This document shows, piece by piece, positions 49,554 to 59,242 of a DNA stretch of 64,000 nt. A program made the position numbers and the translations under genes. Origin of the DNA: Marinobacter sp. (GTDB lineage: Bacteria; Pseudomonadota; Alphaproteobacteria; Rhodobacterales; Rhodobacteraceae); assembly GCA_040119125.1 (NCBI GenBank), contig JBEDTR010000005.1:93266-157265 (forward strand), written 5' to 3'. The first letter of the stretch is position 1. Every line of letters starts with the position of its first letter. The notes beneath the pieces are model-generated. The model did no database searches and was not told where the DNA came from. It worked only from the letters and a program-made list of their open reading frames with translations.

Positions 49554-49955
49554 ATGACTTCTCAAATGCTATCTCCCGATACGATTCGACGCCCCTTTGC
49601 GCGCTATGCGCATGGCGTTGAAATTCCTGTAAACGCGCGCTTGGTCATGACGTCTGGCCAATTGGGCATTGGACCGGACGAGTTCATTCCCGACGGCGCA
49701 GCCGAACAAGCGGCACTGTGTTTCGCCAATATCGACGCGATTCTCGCCGAGGCGCAGATGACCGCCACGGATGTCGTGCGCATCAATGCCTTCGTCACCG
49801 ACCGCGCCCATATGGCCAGCTACATGGCCGCGCGGGATCGCTGGCTGTCGGAAATCGCCGAGGATGCCCTGCCCGCGTCGACGCTGGTGATCGTCAACGG
49901 CTTTACCCGGCCCGAATTTCTGGTCGAGGTGGAAGTGACCGCTGCCAAGGTCTGA
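49554..49955 (+). CDS. RidA/YjgF family protein
   Basis: Y.HG, SGQLG, R..W...PASTL and LVEVEVTA. Confidence 0.9.
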   Translation: MTSQMLSPDTIRRPFARYAHGVEIPVNARLVMTSGQLGIGPDEFIPDGAAEQAALCFANIDAILAEAQMTATDVVRINAFVTDRAHMASYMAARDRWLSEIAEDALPASTLVIVNGFTRPEFLVEVEVTAAKV

Positions 49956-50028
49956 TCCCCGCGGCACAGCTTCCCGCGCGGGACGGTTGGGGCTTGGGTT
50001 GGCGTGCGCAGCGGGATAGACCGCGCCT

Positions 50029-51075
50029 ATGCCAGTTACCCTGACCTCCATCCGCGACCTCGCGCAGCTGCCTTTCGATGAGGTGATCGACGTCCGTGCG
50101 CCGTCGGAATACGCCGAGGACCACATGCCCGGCGCCATCAGCCTGCCGGTGCTGTCGGATGATGAGCGGGCCCGCGTCGGCACGATCTATGTGCAGCAGG
50201 ACGCGTTTCTGGCGCGCAAGATCGGCGCGGCGCTTGTCGCCCGTAATGCCGCCACCCATCTGGAAGGCCCGCTTGCCGACCGCGATGGCGGGTGGAAGCC
50301 GTTGCTTTACTGTTGGCGCGGCGGCCAGCGTTCTGGCTCGTTTGCCTCGATCCTCGCGCAGATAGGCTGGCGCGTGGATATCGTGGCGGGTGGGTATAAA
50401 AGTTACCGCACCCTTGTCGTCGACATGCTGCACCGAAACCCCCTGCCGCAGCGGATCATCCGGCTGGACGGGCTGACCGGCAGCGGCAAGACCGAGGTGC
50501 TGGCCCGCATCAGCGCGCGCGGCGGGACCGTGATCGATCTTGAAGGCCTCGCGCGGCATCGCGGATCGGCATTCGGTGCCATGCCCGGCGGTCAGCCCGC
50601 GCAAAAAGGGTTCGAGACCGCATTGGCCCGAGAGCTTGCCGCGCTGCCCGAAGACGCCACCATTCTGGTCGAGGCCGAGGCCGCACGCATCGGCGAGATC
50701 CGCCTGCCGCCGTCTCTCTGGACCGCGATGCGCAATTCGCCGCGGATCATGCTGGATGCCGACCTGCCCAATCGCGCAAGGTTCCTTGCGCGCACCTATG
50801 CGGGCGACGCGACGGCGCAGCAGCAGGTCTCCGCATCCTTACCCCTGTTGGTGCCATTGCAAGGCCGGGCGCAAGTTTGCGAATGGCAGGCGCTGGCCGA
50901 GGCCAAGGATTGGGAAGCGCTGGCTGGCGAATTGATGTCGCGCCATTACGATCCGCGCTATTTGCGCGCGCAGGAGCGCTACACCCCGCCCGCCGCGCAT
51001 GTGCCGATCACCCCCGAAGGCGACGGTTTCGACCGCGCCGCCGACGGTGTCATGGCGGCGCTCGCCCGGCTGTGA
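50029..51075 (+). CDS. mnmH: tRNA 2-selenouridine synthase
   Basis: Rhodanese domain (IDVRAPSEY, CWRGGQRS) plus P-loop GLTGSGKT, IDLEGLA.HRGS.FG and HYDPRY. Confidence 0.94.
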   Translation: MPVTLTSIRDLAQLPFDEVIDVRAPSEYAEDHMPGAISLPVLSDDERARVGTIYVQQDAFLARKIGAALVARNAATHLEGPLADRDGGWKPLLYCWRGGQRSGSFASILAQIGWRVDIVAGGYKSYRTLVVDMLHRNPLPQRIIRLDGLTGSGKTEVLARISARGGTVIDLEGLARHRGSAFGAMPGGQPAQKGFETALARELAALPEDATILVEAEAARIGEIRLPPSLWTAMRNSPRIMLDADLPNRARFLARTYAGDATAQQQVSASLPLLVPLQGRAQVCEWQALAEAKDWEALAGELMSRHYDPRYLRAQERYTPPAAHVPITPEGDGFDRAADGVMAALARL

Positions 51076-51095
51076 GCCGGGCAAAAGCGCGCGCG

Positions 51096-53318
51096 TCAGA
51101 CGAAGGTGATCCGCGGCGCGCCTTCGACCAGCCGCCCGATACGCACCGGCGCCACGCCCGCGCGCCGCAGCCGGTCGAACCGCGCCTCCAGCCCGACCTC
51201 CGGAACGGCCGCCAATAGGCCGCCCGCCGTCTGCGGATCGAACAGCAGATCGTAGCGCGCCCCCTGCCCCGCCGCGACGATCCCATCGAGCGCCGCGCGG
51301 TTGGCGGGCCAGATGGAACTGCGGATCCCCGCCTCTGCCACCGCCTCTGCCCCATCATGGAGCGGCAGCGCGGGCAGCGACAGCTCCGCCCCCAGCCCGG
51401 AGGCGCGACAGATATTCGCCAGATGCCCGGCCAGCCCAAAGCCGGTGACATCGGTCATCGCATGGGCATCGCGCAATTCCGCCGCCGCCGCGCCGTAGGG
51501 CGTGGCGAGCAGGTCGAGCAGCGCGGCCAGCTGCGGACCCCGCGTGCGGCCTGCGCCCTGCCCCCGCATTGCACCTGCCAGCAGCGCTCCGGAGCCAATC
51601 GGCCGGGTCAGGATCAATGCGTCGCCCGGTTGCCCGCCCGCCAATGTGACGGGCTCCCGGTCAAGCGTGCCGGTGACGGTAAAGCCCAGCACCAGCTCCG
51701 ATCCGACCGAACTGTGACCGCCGACCAGCGCCGCGCCTTCGGCGCTTAGGATGGCGGCGGCGGCCTGCGTGATCTCGGCCAGCATGTCGGCCTGCATGGG
51801 CTCTGCCATCTCCGGCAGGATCACGCTGGCCAATGCCGATTGCGGTGCTGCGCCCATCGCCCAAACATCGCCCAAGGCGTGACAGATCGTGATCCGCGCC
51901 ATTTCGGCGGCGTCCGAGGTCACGGCGCGCAAATGATCGGTGCTGATGATCTGGCGCGTGCCATCGGCCCCCCGAAGCATCGCGGCATCATCGCCCGGCA
52001 GCTGAATGATGTCGGACCGCGTGACAGCGGGCACATGACGCAGCGCCTCTTTCAACGCGCCCGGCCCCACTTTTGCACCGCAGCCGCCACATAGCGGCAC
52101 GTCCGTCAGCCGCTCCGCCAACCCGGCTGCGGCCCCGATTGGTGCGCGCGGGGTCGGCATCTGCGGCAGGTCTGACAGCATCGCCATGAAACGCCGGTCG
52201 ATACGGTCCTTCCACTGCCAGACCCACCCCCCGGCAAGCACCGGCCAGCGCCGATCGGCAACCGCCGCGCGATCCCCCATCGAGATAAGCTTCAGGTAGT
52301 GCTTTTGAGGGCGGTAGCGCCGCATGTCCTGCGGACGTTCCGCCAGCGTCGCACGCAGGTTGGCAAACAGCACCGGCGCTTGCCGCACCGCAAATACCCC
52401 GGCTTTCGGGCGGGGGGTCTGGATCATATGCGCACAGTCGCCAGCGGCAAAGACATGCGCGAACCCCGGTGCGCGCAAGGCCGGGTCAACCGCGATATAG
52501 CCATTTTCCAGCGTCAGCCCGGTGCCGGACAGCCAATCCTGCGCCTGAGCGCCCGCCGCGCCAACCGTAAGCGCCGCCGGGATCTCGCGCCCGGTTTCAA
52601 GCCGCAGATGGGTGGCGGTGACCTCGACTGCGCGGGCGCCCTCGATGATTTCGACCCCCAGATCCTGCGCGGCGCGGCGCAGATGGTCGGTCCCGGCATC
52701 CGACACACCTTTCAGCGCGGTGTTGGCCTCAATCACACGCACTTGGCCTTGGCGATTCTCCGCATGCAGCCGCCGGGCCATCGCAAGCGCCAGCTCCACC
52801 CCCGCGACCCCGCCGCCCAGCACGGCGACATCGCCAGACCTATTGCCTGCGTCGCCGTCCGTATCGGACCGCAGGAACCGCTCCCAACGATCCGCAAAAG
52901 CGCCCAGAGGCTTGGCCGGCGCGCCGAACCGGGCAAAGCCGCGCAGCCCGGGCAGATCCGACGTGACCCCAATGTCGAACGATACAACGTCAAACCGAAG
53001 CAACCGCCCATCGTTCAGGCGCAAACGGCGCGCCACCGGATCGCACATATCGGCGCGGCCCCGGATCATCCGCGCGCCAGCCGCCTGCGCCAGCGCCATC
53101 AGGTCAATATCGAGCGCCGCGCGCGGATAGTGCCCCGCGACCCACCCCGGCAGCATGCCCGAATAGGCCGCGACCGGGCCGGGATTGACCAGCGTCACCC
53201 GCACACCGGGCTGCGGTGCCATCGCCCAACGGCGCAACACCAACGCATGAGTATGCCCGCCGCCCACCAGCAGCAGATCGCGGGTGGCTGGGAAATCGCG
53301 CTCGGGTCCGGTCTGCAT
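51096..53318 (-). CDS. selD: Selenide, water dikinase with an N-terminal pyridine nucleotide-disulfide oxidoreductase domain
   Basis: N-terminal LVGGGH, YSGMLPG, GGGVAGVE and FAAGDC; C-terminal CGGCGAK, DDAA, TDVTGFGLAGHL and DPQTAGGLL. SD AGGAG upstream of ATG 53318. Confidence 0.92.
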   Translation of the reverse strand: MQTGPERDFPATRDLLLVGGGHTHALVLRRWAMAPQPGVRVTLVNPGPVAAYSGMLPGWVAGHYPRAALDIDLMALAQAAGARMIRGRADMCDPVARRLRLNDGRLLRFDVVSFDIGVTSDLPGLRGFARFGAPAKPLGAFADRWERFLRSDTDGDAGNRSGDVAVLGGGVAGVELALAMARRLHAENRQGQVRVIEANTALKGVSDAGTDHLRRAAQDLGVEIIEGARAVEVTATHLRLETGREIPAALTVGAAGAQAQDWLSGTGLTLENGYIAVDPALRAPGFAHVFAAGDCAHMIQTPRPKAGVFAVRQAPVLFANLRATLAERPQDMRRYRPQKHYLKLISMGDRAAVADRRWPVLAGGWVWQWKDRIDRRFMAMLSDLPQMPTPRAPIGAAAGLAERLTDVPLCGGCGAKVGPGALKEALRHVPAVTRSDIIQLPGDDAAMLRGADGTRQIISTDHLRAVTSDAAEMARITICHALGDVWAMGAAPQSALASVILPEMAEPMQADMLAEITQAAAAILSAEGAALVGGHSSVGSELVLGFTVTGTLDREPVTLAGGQPGDALILTRPIGSGALLAGAMRGQGAGRTRGPQLAALLDLLATPYGAAAAELRDAHAMTDVTGFGLAGHLANICRASGLGAELSLPALPLHDGAEAVAEAGIRSSIWPANRAALDGIVAAGQGARYDLLFDPQTAGGLLAAVPEVGLEARFDRLRRAGVAPVRIGRLVEGAPRITFV

Positions 53319-53449
53319 GTTGGCTCCTTTTTGCTGTCTTGCCCGAGCAGAACCGCCCCGTAAAGCTGCGTGCGGCACTGTCCCGGAACTGCACAGGATA
53401 TTCCCACGGACCATCACGAAAGGCGGAACGATTTTTCGCCGCAAAACCG

Positions 53450-53479
53450 CTTGACGCCCCGCGCCCCATCCCCTACCTA
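53450..53479 (+). promoter_or_regulatory. Housekeeping promoter for tRNA-Met
   Basis: CTTGAC-N17-CTACCT, about 13 nt upstream of the tRNA. Confidence 0.55.
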
Positions 53480-53491
53480 GCGCCACGGTTT

Positions 53492-53568
53492 GGCGGAGTA
53501 GCTCAGTTGGTTAGAGCAGCGGAATCATAATCCGCGTGTCGGGGGTTCAAGTCCCTCCTCCGCTACCA
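53492..53568 (+). tRNA. tRNA-Met (CAT), elongator type
   Basis: GGCGGAGTAGCTCAGTTGGTTAGAGC-GCGGA-ATCATAA-TCCGC-...GGTTCAAGTCC...CCGCTACCA. It lacks the initiator C1 mismatch and the three G-C anticodon-stem pairs. Confidence 0.93.
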
Positions 53569-53911
53569 AATCCCCCTTCTACAGTCACGGTTCGCGATGA
53601 AAGCGTTTCATCCTCCCCGACAGCGTTGCCGTAAGCGGGATGATGTCTAGCCGGGGCGGTTGTGGGCGATCTTCAGCGCGAGTATCAGACTTGTCACGGA
53701 TGGCGGCGCCGACCTGCGAGCGGCGCTTAGACCAAGCGCCAGCGACAAATACACCGAATTACCGGCTCTCTCAGACGCCCTTGTCGACCGGAAGTTACAG
53801 GTGCCCCGCTACCGGACGCACCTGCAAAGTCCATCGCCCCCCCCCCGCATGGGCTGAGGCGGGATCAGAGATGAATGGCACCTCGCCCGCAGGCGGGTGC
53901 AGACCCTTCGA

Positions 53912-56900
53912 TCAAAACTGAAGCCGCGCTTGCGCCGTGATCGAGAAGGCCTCCACATCGTCGGAGAAGCGCGCATCCGCCCGGACAGAGGCGTTGAACT
54001 GCTTTGCCGCGCCAACCTCGCCATCAAGGATCTTGATGTAGCTCAGTCCGACCGACAGTTCCCCGAAACCGCCCAGAGGGTCCGTGGTCAGATCCTGGCT
54101 GTCGTTACCAATGCGATATTTCGAGGTCATGTCGTCGGAGAAATCCTCGTAATAGGTCGCGGTGACGAAGCTGTTATAGGCCTCGGTGCCCGAGGGGGCG
54201 ATGGTGGTATGGGCGAGCGTGCTGCCGACGAAGCCGATCTTGGTGGTGTGGTCGTCGAAGTCGATGCGCCCGATCTCGCTCCCCGAATTGTCGCGGAACA
54301 CCAGATCATCGGTCGAGGTTCGGGTGATCCCAAAGCCCGCTGTCGGCACCAAGGTCAGCGTATCTGACAGCGCGTGCGAGTAGCTCAGCGATGCCGATAA
54401 GGTGGTGCCATTGCTCGAGGTTTCCTCGTCATAGAGGCCGAGGCTTTCATTATCGAACACATAGTCGGTATTTTCGAACCGCAATTGCACGTCACCCGTG
54501 AAGGCCCCGCGCGCCGCCGCGATGTAGCCGCCGACATAACGCTGGTCAAAATCCGACCGGGTGGTCGACACTTGGGTGTTGGTCAGCACGATATCCGAAC
54601 CGCTGACGCCGAGTTCAAACACCTTCTGCTCGGTCGAGCCGGAATTGATGCCGAGCAAGCCCCCTGCCGCGACATCCCATTCGCCCGCAGCGGAGTTGAA
54701 GCAGCCGAAATCATAGCCTGTGACAAATCCGTAGAAATCCGCATCCACCGTCGCAGGCAGGCGCGCCTGACCGTTATCGGTGTGGGAGGTGGCCTCGGCC
54801 CGGCCCCCTGTGCCGCGCACCCACGCCCCCGATCCGCAGGTATCTTCGGATTCGTATGCCAGCCCAGAGACGAAGGGGCTCGACGGGCGGTTGACGATCG
54901 TGCCGATGAGAGACTGCACAAGCGCGAGATTGCCCGAGACTGCCGCCGCGCCCGGATCGATGACCGAGTCCACAAAAACGCCATCGCTGCTTTGGGTGAC
55001 CTGATAGCTGAGCGGTCCGCTGCGCGCAGGCAGGCCAGAGCTGGTCAGCGTCGCCGACACCGCGTTGCCCGCCACCACTTGCAGCGGATCGTCGAGGATC
55101 GCCCCGCTTGCGAGCGTATCGAATTCCAGCTGCACATTGCCGGTGAGCGAGGACAGGATGATCTGATCCGTGGCCCCGGTGCTGTCGCCCAGATCAATGT
55201 CGAAGGCCAACGTCCCACCCGCGACCGTCCCGGTCAGCATCAGCACGTCATCCGCCGCATCGTCCGTGCCAAGGTCAATGCGCCCGCCCGCATTCGCGAC
55301 CGAGGCCGTGTCGATGGTGAACATGTCGAGCACGCGGATCGTGCCGGTATTGGTCACGCCATCGGTCACCGTCAGGGTCATGCCGCTCCCGCCATTGCGC
55401 AGCAGCCCCTCATTGTTCAGCGCCCCGTCCACGGTGCTATCCCCATCAATGGTGAACGTGCCCGCGGCGAAATTGTCGAAATCGCCCGACATCATGCTGT
55501 CGCCATCGAAGGTGAAGCTGCCGGTGTTATTCACGTCTCCGGTCATCGTGCCCGCAAAAGTGACGGTGGAGGAGTTGTCGAGCGTGCCGCTGACCGTGCC
55601 GCCATTGACGTCAAGCGTCGCGGTATCTTCGTTGGTGATGCCATTGGTGGCCGAAAGGCTGCCGCCGCTGGCAACTGTGATCGACGCCCCGTCTGTGTTC
55701 ACGACCGTATCGGTGGCGGACATGGTGGCATCCGTTCCAATGGCGACGGTCGCGCCGGACGTATTGGTCAGCATGCCCGACACGTTGAACGTGGTGTCTT
55801 GGGCGAGGGTGATCTCGGCGCTGCTGCCTGTAGACAGCACATCGTCCAGCGCCGACACGACCGGCGCCGCATTGGCCGTGGTGGTCAGGGCCAGTGTGCC
55901 GGTATTGGTGATGATCTCGCCGCCGCTCGTATCGGTGTCGCTGTCCAGCGTCGCATTGCCCAGAAATGTCAGCGTGCCGTTGTTGATGATGGCGCCCGCA
56001 TCTTGGATCGTGCCCCCGTCACCGACGAGGGTGACGCTGTTGTTGGTGTAGGTATTGCCTGTCCCGGTCAGGGTGGACCCCGCACCCATGCGAATGGTGC
56101 CGTCATTGGTCAGCGTCGTGTATTCAAGCTCAGTCTCGGCCGCGAGGTTGATAACGCCATCGCTGCTGACAGTGGTCACGGCAAGCCCCGTGAAATCGGC
56201 GTTCACATCCAGCGTGCCATCACTGACGGCCAGGTCATACCCTGCTCCGTCGATGGCGCTGTCGATGGTGACCGTCGCCCCGTCAATGACGCCGAGGTCA
56301 TAGGCCAGTTCAGCGTCGGGGATGGTGGTGTCGATGCCGTAATTGATGGTGTCGGCGGCAAAGGACAGCGTGCCGCCGTTGACCTCGGACCGGATCGTGC
56401 CGTCGCGCAGGTTGATCGTCGTGGCTGAAATAGTGGTCACGCCGCCATCCGCCTCAATCGTGTCGAAGGAGGTGAACGTGCCGCCGACGCTCATCGAATT
56501 GTCCCCAGTGCTGGAGATCGCGCCGTTGGCCAGAAGGTCGCCGGTGATCTGCACCGCACCGCCCCCCACATTGCCATAGGTTCCGAGGTAAAGAACCGCC
56601 GGTTCGCTCACCGTCACCGCGCCACCGACCGTCGCGCCGGGTGCGAATTCCAGCCGTCCGTCGTTTGCGGTAATATCGCCGCTCACACCGCCCTCCGTCC
56701 GGACGGTGCCGTAGCTGATGATATCGCCGGACACGGTGCCGGAGTTCACAAAGCTCAAGTTGCTACTGTCAGCACTGTCGGACCCTACCGTGACATTCCC
56801 CCCGACTATGCTGGTGTTGGTAAAAACCACACCATCGGTCGCAGCAGTGGGCGTGGCGCTGATGGTCAGATCGTCCTCTATCATGCCGCCAGTGCCGACT

Positions 56901-57868
56901 GACAGCCGGACGCCGTCTTCGGCGATGTCGGTAACCGTCAGATCACCGGTGATCTTGCCCCCCAACATACCGTTGCCCGTCAGCGTCACCGTCGCACCGG
57001 AAACAGCGGTATCGGTGCCGGCATAGAGCGCGCCCAAGGTGACATTCGCATCGCTTGTCAGGCTGGACGTGCCCGATATGTTCAGCACACCGATATCGGC
57101 CCCACCCGTCACGTCGAGCGTGCCAGCGCCGGTCTGTTGCACGGTGCCCGTGACCGTCACATCCCCGCCCACGGTAAGTGTGCCGGAATTGGTCAGGGTG
57201 TTGCCGTCCGTCTCATCGGTGAGATCTTCGGTCACGGTGGTTGTGCCGGTATTGCCGAACGACCCCGAGGCATCGTCGATCAGAAGCGATCCGGTTTCCA
57301 GCGTGCCTGCATTGTTGACAGCCGCAGCACCAATCGTTGTCGCGCCCGCAACGGTGACATCCCCCGCACCGGTCACGTCAAACGTGCCGTCGGCGACCGA
57401 GAGCGAACCGGCGGTAACGGTGCCGCCGGTGTCAAAATCGCCCTGCGTCTCAAGGTTATTCGTAACCGCAAAAACACCATTGCTGCCAATGGCGAGATCC
57501 GTCTTGATGACCGCACTGCCAGCGTTCAGCGTTTCACTATCCTCGACCGAATGCGTGGCGCTGGAATTCAGCACAAGCGCGCCGGTCGAAGTGAGGGTGA
57601 CATTCGGGTCGAGCACGAATGCGCCGCTCGTCGTCGCGGAGCCGGCATTCTCCACGGTGATCGTGTCAAAGGTGCCGTCGGAGGAAAATACGGTCGGGTT
57701 CGGGGTCGTGGTGTCGTCGATGACCAGATCCTGTGACCAGCCGCCATGTCCGCTCATCCCGTAGACCAGCGCGGTGACTGCCGTGGTGGACAAAATGACG
57801 CGCCGCAGGCGTGTCCGCCCGGCGCGCTGTGACATGGACGCACCGGTGCCATCGTGAACTGCTGTCAT
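53912..57868 (-). CDS. Autotransporter (type Va) adhesin-like outer membrane protein
   Basis: RR..LSTTA signal region, about 950-aa T/G/D/S/V/N-rich beta-helix-like passenger, and an approx. 300-aa barrel (AWVRGTGG...) ending in a terminal Phe (ARLQF). Start could be 57886, 57868 or 57835. Confidence 0.82.
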   Translation of the reverse strand: MTAVHDGTGASMSQRAGRTRLRRVILSTTAVTALVYGMSGHGGWSQDLVIDDTTTPNPTVFSSDGTFDTITVENAGSATTSGAFVLDPNVTLTSTGALVLNSSATHSVEDSETLNAGSAVIKTDLAIGSNGVFAVTNNLETQGDFDTGGTVTAGSLSVADGTFDVTGAGDVTVAGATTIGAAAVNNAGTLETGSLLIDDASGSFGNTGTTTVTEDLTDETDGNTLTNSGTLTVGGDVTVTGTVQQTGAGTLDVTGGADIGVLNISGTSSLTSDANVTLGALYAGTDTAVSGATVTLTGNGMLGGKITGDLTVTDIAEDGVRLSVGTGGMIEDDLTISATPTAATDGVVFTNTSIVGGNVTVGSDSADSSNLSFVNSGTVSGDIISYGTVRTEGGVSGDITANDGRLEFAPGATVGGAVTVSEPAVLYLGTYGNVGGGAVQITGDLLANGAISSTGDNSMSVGGTFTSFDTIEADGGVTTISATTINLRDGTIRSEVNGGTLSFAADTINYGIDTTIPDAELAYDLGVIDGATVTIDSAIDGAGYDLAVSDGTLDVNADFTGLAVTTVSSDGVINLAAETELEYTTLTNDGTIRMGAGSTLTGTGNTYTNNSVTLVGDGGTIQDAGAIINNGTLTFLGNATLDSDTDTSGGEIITNTGTLALTTTANAAPVVSALDDVLSTGSSAEITLAQDTTFNVSGMLTNTSGATVAIGTDATMSATDTVVNTDGASITVASGGSLSATNGITNEDTATLDVNGGTVSGTLDNSSTVTFAGTMTGDVNNTGSFTFDGDSMMSGDFDNFAAGTFTIDGDSTVDGALNNEGLLRNGGSGMTLTVTDGVTNTGTIRVLDMFTIDTASVANAGGRIDLGTDDAADDVLMLTGTVAGGTLAFDIDLGDSTGATDQIILSSLTGNVQLEFDTLASGAILDDPLQVVAGNAVSATLTSSGLPARSGPLSYQVTQSSDGVFVDSVIDPGAAAVSGNLALVQSLIGTIVNRPSSPFVSGLAYESEDTCGSGAWVRGTGGRAEATSHTDNGQARLPATVDADFYGFVTGYDFGCFNSAAGEWDVAAGGLLGINSGSTEQKVFELGVSGSDIVLTNTQVSTTRSDFDQRYVGGYIAAARGAFTGDVQLRFENTDYVFDNESLGLYDEETSSNGTTLSASLSYSHALSDTLTLVPTAGFGITRTSTDDLVFRDNSGSEIGRIDFDDHTTKIGFVGSTLAHTTIAPSGTEAYNSFVTATYYEDFSDDMTSKYRIGNDSQDLTTDPLGGFGELSVGLSYIKILDGEVGAAKQFNASVRADARFSDDVEAFSITAQARLQF

Positions 57869-58295
57869 CGTAAATTCCCGTCCCAATTCGTCGCCGTTTC
57901 ACACGGCACTTTCACGCAACCCAGCGCTGAACCACGGCGCTCGGGAAGAGCCTACTTACCCGGCGGGAACCACTCAACGAAATTCTGCCCTAATACGCAC
58001 TTACGGTGCACTCGCCGCCTGCCGGCCCCCTCGCTAAACCCACGCGCCACGCTGGGCGGGTTCAAGCTGACCGGGCTCGATTGCACTTGGAACAGTTAGG
58101 ACAAATCTTGCTGTCGCTTGAGGGACCCGCTTGCGCAGATCGCCGGTAAAAATGGCGTGCTGCCTCGGTGTTGAAACCCGCCCCAAAGGGGGGCTGCAAA
58201 TTTACCAGACGCGCCGCAAAAGACTGCCGCAAACTTGACTCACTGAGACCCGCTTCCTACCTTCCAGCAAGGTTAATATTGGCTCGGTGATCTGT

Positions 58296-58805
58296 ATGCA
58301 TGCAATTGTTCTATCTGTCGCCATCCTTGCGTCCAGCCTCGTCACCGCGCAGGCGGAAACCCCCTACACCGCTGATGAAGTCGTTGAATTTCTGGCAGAT
58401 TCAGCGGATCTTGGATTGCAGCGCGGGATTTGCATCGGCACCTCCAAGGATTGCACACCGGCGAAGCCCGAGGGCCTCGACATGCTGATCAACTTCGATC
58501 TCGACAGCGCTGAATTGACCGATGAAGCCCGCCAGAACCTTGTCGTCTTTGCCGAGGCACTGACCGATGACCGGCTCGACCGAGCACGGTTCGTCGTTGA
58601 AGGCCATACAGATGCGCGCGGCGGGCGCGGCCATAATGATGGGCTGTCGGATGAACGCGCCGCCGCCGTGAAAAGATACCTGTCAGAGCTTGGCGTGACG
58701 GAGGATCGGCTGAGAGCACAGGGACTGGGCGAAACCCAGCCTCGTGTCGAAGATCCTCTAGACCCCGAAAACCGCCGCGTCGAATTGCGGATCGATCTGC
58801 AATAG
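58296..58805 (+). CDS. OmpA-like peptidoglycan-binding domain protein
   Basis: Signal peptide ending AQA, INFDLDSAEL, VEGHTD, LS.ERA..V, G.GE and ENRRVE. Confidence 0.9.
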   Translation: MHAIVLSVAILASSLVTAQAETPYTADEVVEFLADSADLGLQRGICIGTSKDCTPAKPEGLDMLINFDLDSAELTDEARQNLVVFAEALTDDRLDRARFVVEGHTDARGGRGHNDGLSDERAAAVKRYLSELGVTEDRLRAQGLGETQPRVEDPLDPENRRVELRIDLQ

Positions 58806-59242
58806 CCCGGCGCGAGCAGCGTATTTCGGCTCCAGCTAGTCCCCCACCCAGTCCTTTTCGAACTCACCTCCGGCTCCCGAGCGGCGCGGTCGCATGGTGA
58901 TGGTGATTGAGGCCGGATCAGCTGAAACGCTTAAAGAACCTAGTTTGCCTTTAAGCTGAGTTGACCAGATCGAACAGGCGCAGGTATCACACGGACGACC
59001 CTGCCCATGGGCTGCGACTCGCCCGATAAAGCTGAGCAAATGCTCGCTAAGACGACGTTTGTAACGACAATTTTGCAAAACCCCTACTATCGTGTGGGTT
59101 GCGCGGCCTTCATCCCATATTTCTGCAAAAGAAGGGTTGCGCCGATGTCAGCGGAGGCCGCGCTGACGACCCGAGCCTTCCACGGTTCTGCCTTAATTGC
59201 TGACCATCAAGAAATGACTAACAAGAACCAAAAAGGTTTAGC

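Noticed and set aside
51096-53318. Selenocysteine recoding in selD or its neighbours
   Set aside because: The active site is Cys-coded and no in-frame TGA interrupts any recognised gene.
54485-56428. 647-aa + strand ORF and other ORFs opposite the autotransporter
   Set aside because: Antisense shadows of a low-complexity passenger domain.
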